DNA of 60,370 nt from Clostridia bacterium (GTDB taxonomy: Bacteria > Bacillota > Clostridia > Oscillospirales > Oscillospiraceae), in assembly GCA_024404825.1 (NCBI GenBank), contig JAKSPM010000001.1, positions 1 to 60,370 on the forward strand, written 5' to 3'. The notes under the pieces are model-generated. The model was not told where the DNA came from, did no database searches, and was given only the letters and a program-made list of their open reading frames with translations. The position numbers and the translations under genes were made by a program. Shown piece by piece: positions 57,796-60,370 of this stretch. Positions within the stretch are counted from its first letter, which is position 1, and each line of letters begins with the position of its first letter.

Positions 57796-57829
57796 ATAAA
57801 AACGGCTCCGATCTCGGAGCCGTTTTTTA
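57796..57829. repeat. left copy of a 34-bp direct duplication (terminator-type hairpin)
   Basis: ATAAAAACGGCTCCGATCTCGGAGCCGTTTTTTA is identical (34/34) to 58359-58392. Confidence 0.9.
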
Positions 57830-58358
57830 CAGCGTGTCAAAAAAGTATTTTTTGACACGCTGGCAGACGGTCAAGAAAGCCTGAAAGACAAGCAACTCTC
57901 ACTCGTAGGCGTACATAGGTACGGTAGAGAAAGCCGAGGAGAGCTGTCCCTAAGTCGGTTTTCACGGGTGTCGCTTCGCTGATGCTTCGGAAAACTCCTT
58001 GGAAATCCATCAAGGATTCCCTGCGTCGTTTTGCTTGCCTCAACAAACCGACACTCCGGGAAAACTGCTTCGCATCTGTGAGCGAGTAGTTTTGGAGAGA
58101 TTTTCGGTGCGGCGGACGTAGCCTTGCTGACGCAAGGCAAGGACAACAAGCCGAAAATCACCCAAAAGAGCCACTCACAGACGATTTGGGGTCAGCTTTC
58201 CTCGGCTTTAGCTGCGCAGTAAGTCAAAGTCCTTGCGCAGCAAGCCTTTTCGGGCTTGGATGTGTTGCGATGGTACGATTCTCGTCAAACGATATTCGGT
58301 GCATAGTGCCTCGTTCCGAATCTCGACTTTGACGGTTTCGGGGTTTATTGACAGTCTG
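57830..58358 (+). mobile_element. 529-bp non-coding repeat element (long variant) with a 283-nt central module
   Basis: It starts CAGCGTGTCAAAAAA and ends TTTATTGACAGTCTG (15-nt imperfect TIR, 12/15). The first 33 nt form a perfect palindrome. The outer parts match the reverse complement of 34998-35248. There is no credible ORF. Confidence 0.75.
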
Positions 58359-58392
58359 ATAAAAACGGCTCCGATCTCGGAGCCGTTTTTTA
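58359..58392. repeat. right copy of the 34-bp direct duplication; it is the intrinsic terminator of the M3 peptidase gene
   Basis: Identical to 57796-57829. It lies 1 nt from the stop at 58394. Confidence 0.9.
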
Positions 58393-58393
58393 T

Positions 58394-60208
58394 TTATTTA
58401 AGGGCATCTTCGAAATACGATTCCAGGTAATTTACTCTGTCATCATCAAACGGGGAGGTCATTCCCGTCCTATCGAGAAGTTCAAGGAAGTCAAGCTCGC
58501 CGGCAAGCTCGATCATCTCCATATATTTATCCAGGCCGTCGCCCTTCTGCTGATCCTCTAAGGAGAAAATCTGAAGTGCAACATCGGCGGAGGTACAGTA
58601 GCTTATGATATAATCCGGTGCAATGAAGAAGTGGTTGATATCAACCCAGACCTGCTTATTATACCAGTCCATGCCGTAAGCATACATGCCGTAATCGCGT
58701 ACGACATCTGCATAAGTGTCGTTGATTATGTCAACCGTTATAGTGTCGGGATCCAGTTGATACACACGATCCTCAAAATCTGCATACATGCCCTGATAGA
58801 CGAAGACTTCAAGCAGATCGAGCAGCTTTAAGGTCTTCAGGCGTTCAACCGTTTTCTTGTCAAAGTCGCTGTAGCTCAAGGCAATTGCTTCCATTGCCTG
58901 CGAGAAAATTTCGCACTTATCCAAAGAATCGTCTTCGTTGTCGTTAATCATGGAATCGGAGAAATGTCCGAATTCATGCGCAAGCGTCATAAAATCAGAT
59001 TCTGTTCCGGTAGGGCTTATGTAAACAAAAGGTTCTGCGTAGGTCGGCAGATATGTCTCATAGGAGCCGGACATTTTGCTTGACGATTCCGTAGCATCCC
59101 ACAGTTCAAAATATTCCATGAAGGAGAAGAATTCATAGAAGGTTGCGTCATCTGCAGCAGAGTCGATCCGGTACAGCGCGCGCTTCAGTGTATCGATCAC
59201 CGTGTCAAAATCCATATCGTCATATTCCAGGTTGACCTCATCGGAATATCGCAGTGACATATACAAAGGTGCAAGCTCATCACAGATTTCTTCAATGTAT
59301 TCGCGTGCCATCTGCGGGGTATAGTCTCTGCCATAGTTATATTCGTAGGCGAAATCCGCATAGGAATCATAGCCGACGGTCTTTGCCATCGCCTGTCGGG
59401 TCTGCACAAGCTGCACATAAATCTCGCCCATGGACGCATTGTATTTTGCAAAATACGCCGGGTAGATACTGTTATATAATGTGTTGTAGTCCCCTTCGTA
59501 TTCTTCCATCAGATCGTCCAGAAGGCACTCCTCGCCGTTAAACATGATCGTTTGGTTTTCCTGCAGCTGCATATAGTCGGTCTGCAGCTTGGCCTCCTTC
59601 TGCGCAAGCTTGACAAATTCATCGTTGGTATAGATGTCGTGTTCAAGGTAGAAGTCAAGGAAGTTATCACCAAAATACTCTTCTTCTAACATTTCTTTGT
59701 CGGGACATTCCGCAGCAGCCTCGTAAAGAAGCTCTAACGCCTGCTGAATGAGCGGAGCCTGGTTTTCCAGATAGTCGTATTCTTCCTTGTAGAAAGTGTC
59801 GCTGAGATTTTCACAATAGCAAATATAGGAAACGGAATCCATCGTGGAGAACTCATCAGAATACGGCTCGAGCGCATAGATCGCGTCCAAAATCTCTTCG
59901 CCGGTGGCACCCGATTTGATGAGCGCCGTGGTATCATTGATTTCGGCAATCAGCCTCTGCACATCCGGCCGCTGATATTCGATCTCGGAAAAAGCAACCG
60001 CATCAGGATATGCAGACGGATCAAAATCATCCGGAAGCTCGATCGGCTCCGGAGAATCCGTCGGCTTCGGAGAATGCGTCGGATCAGGAGAATCCGTCGG
60101 CTTCGGGCGTTCGGGGTCGTCGGACGGACGAATCACCCAATTACAGCCTGTAAACAGCAGGCTGAGACACAAAACAAGTGCGGAAAGGCAAAGAAGTTTT
60201 CTTTTCAT
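58394..60208 (-). CDS. M3-family oligoendopeptidase-like zinc metallopeptidase, lipoprotein
   Basis: Lipobox LLFTGC, a Pro/Thr/Asp-rich linker, and the zinc motif TLAHEFGHF. 604 aa. Confidence 0.7.
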   Translation of the reverse strand: MKRKLLCLSALVLCLSLLFTGCNWVIRPSDDPERPKPTDSPDPTHSPKPTDSPEPIELPDDFDPSAYPDAVAFSEIEYQRPDVQRLIAEINDTTALIKSGATGEEILDAIYALEPYSDEFSTMDSVSYICYCENLSDTFYKEEYDYLENQAPLIQQALELLYEAAAECPDKEMLEEEYFGDNFLDFYLEHDIYTNDEFVKLAQKEAKLQTDYMQLQENQTIMFNGEECLLDDLMEEYEGDYNTLYNSIYPAYFAKYNASMGEIYVQLVQTRQAMAKTVGYDSYADFAYEYNYGRDYTPQMAREYIEEICDELAPLYMSLRYSDEVNLEYDDMDFDTVIDTLKRALYRIDSAADDATFYEFFSFMEYFELWDATESSSKMSGSYETYLPTYAEPFVYISPTGTESDFMTLAHEFGHFSDSMINDNEDDSLDKCEIFSQAMEAIALSYSDFDKKTVERLKTLKLLDLLEVFVYQGMYADFEDRVYQLDPDTITVDIINDTYADVVRDYGMYAYGMDWYNKQVWVDINHFFIAPDYIISYCTSADVALQIFSLEDQQKGDGLDKYMEMIELAGELDFLELLDRTGMTSPFDDDRVNYLESYFEDALK

Positions 60209-60370
60209 TTTTCTTGCTCCTTTCGGTTTTTCATGATTATTTTATCATATTCATTTCAATTTGAAAAGACGTTATTTCTGCCGAAATGTTTCATGTTTTT
60301 TGAATATGCGGATTTCCCTGCAAAATTCATGTATTTTTTTCAAAAAACGTTTGACAAACAATAGATTTGC

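Noticed and set aside
57976-57994. The hammerhead-like string CUGAUG-CUUCG-GAAA lies in the motif shared by 57939-58015 and 12853-12925.
   Set aside because: The core would need CUGAUGA plus a helix II of at least 2-3 bp before GAAA. Here the A is missing and only a C(UUCG)G unit is available. I also found no plausible cleavage-site helix.
60040-60112. Direct DNA repeat GGAGAATCCGTCGGCTTCGG (two copies, 36 nt apart) near the 5' end of the M3 peptidase gene.
   Set aside because: It encodes the repeated PKPTDSP(D/E)P linker that follows the lipoprotein signal. This is ordinary low-complexity linker expansion, not a regulatory or mobile repeat.

Overview
This is a 60.4-kb chromosomal segment that looks moderately GC-rich by eye. 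Gene content points to a spore-forming Firmicute of the Clostridia type (spoIVA plus a SipL/SpoVID-like gene, remA, the priA-def-fmt-rsmB-rlmN-stp-prkC-rsgA block, cdaA-cdaR); the lineage is inference only. I call about 55 protein genes, nearly all housekeeping. They include T-box-controlled pheST, a complete F1Fo ATP synthase operon (atpZ/I-B-E-F-H-A-G-D-C), and a minus-strand amino-sugar cluster (nahK-like, ROK/PpgK-like kinase, nagA, MBOAT, SGNH). There is also a MATE plus ABC exporter pair, pepD, and a purine-oxidation module (FkbM methyltransferase, 8-oxoguanine-deaminase-like amidohydrolase, ssnA, small ORF, ygfK). The rest are gmk-rpoZ, remA, yicC, a J-domain/Cys-rich gene pair, a DUF3343 plus class V aminotransferase pair, and several lipoproteins. 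I saw no rRNA, tRNA, CRISPR array or intact transposase. The most unusual signal is non-coding. A repeat element with CAG..CTG imperfect inverted termini is present twice in opposite orientations (251 bp at 34998-35248 and 529 bp at 57830-58358). Each copy is flanked by a perfect 34-bp direct duplication that comprises an entire, locus-specific intrinsic-terminator hairpin. The long copy carries a 283-nt helix-rich central module, and part of that module recurs in the nahK/ROK intergenic spacer. Other items worth a second look are an orphan promoter, 111-nt long hairpin and terminator unit (7010-7210), a riboswitch-like leader in front of ssnA, and a Na+-type ion-binding signature in the ATP synthase c subunit. 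All functional calls come from reading the translations and recalling family motifs; no database search was run.
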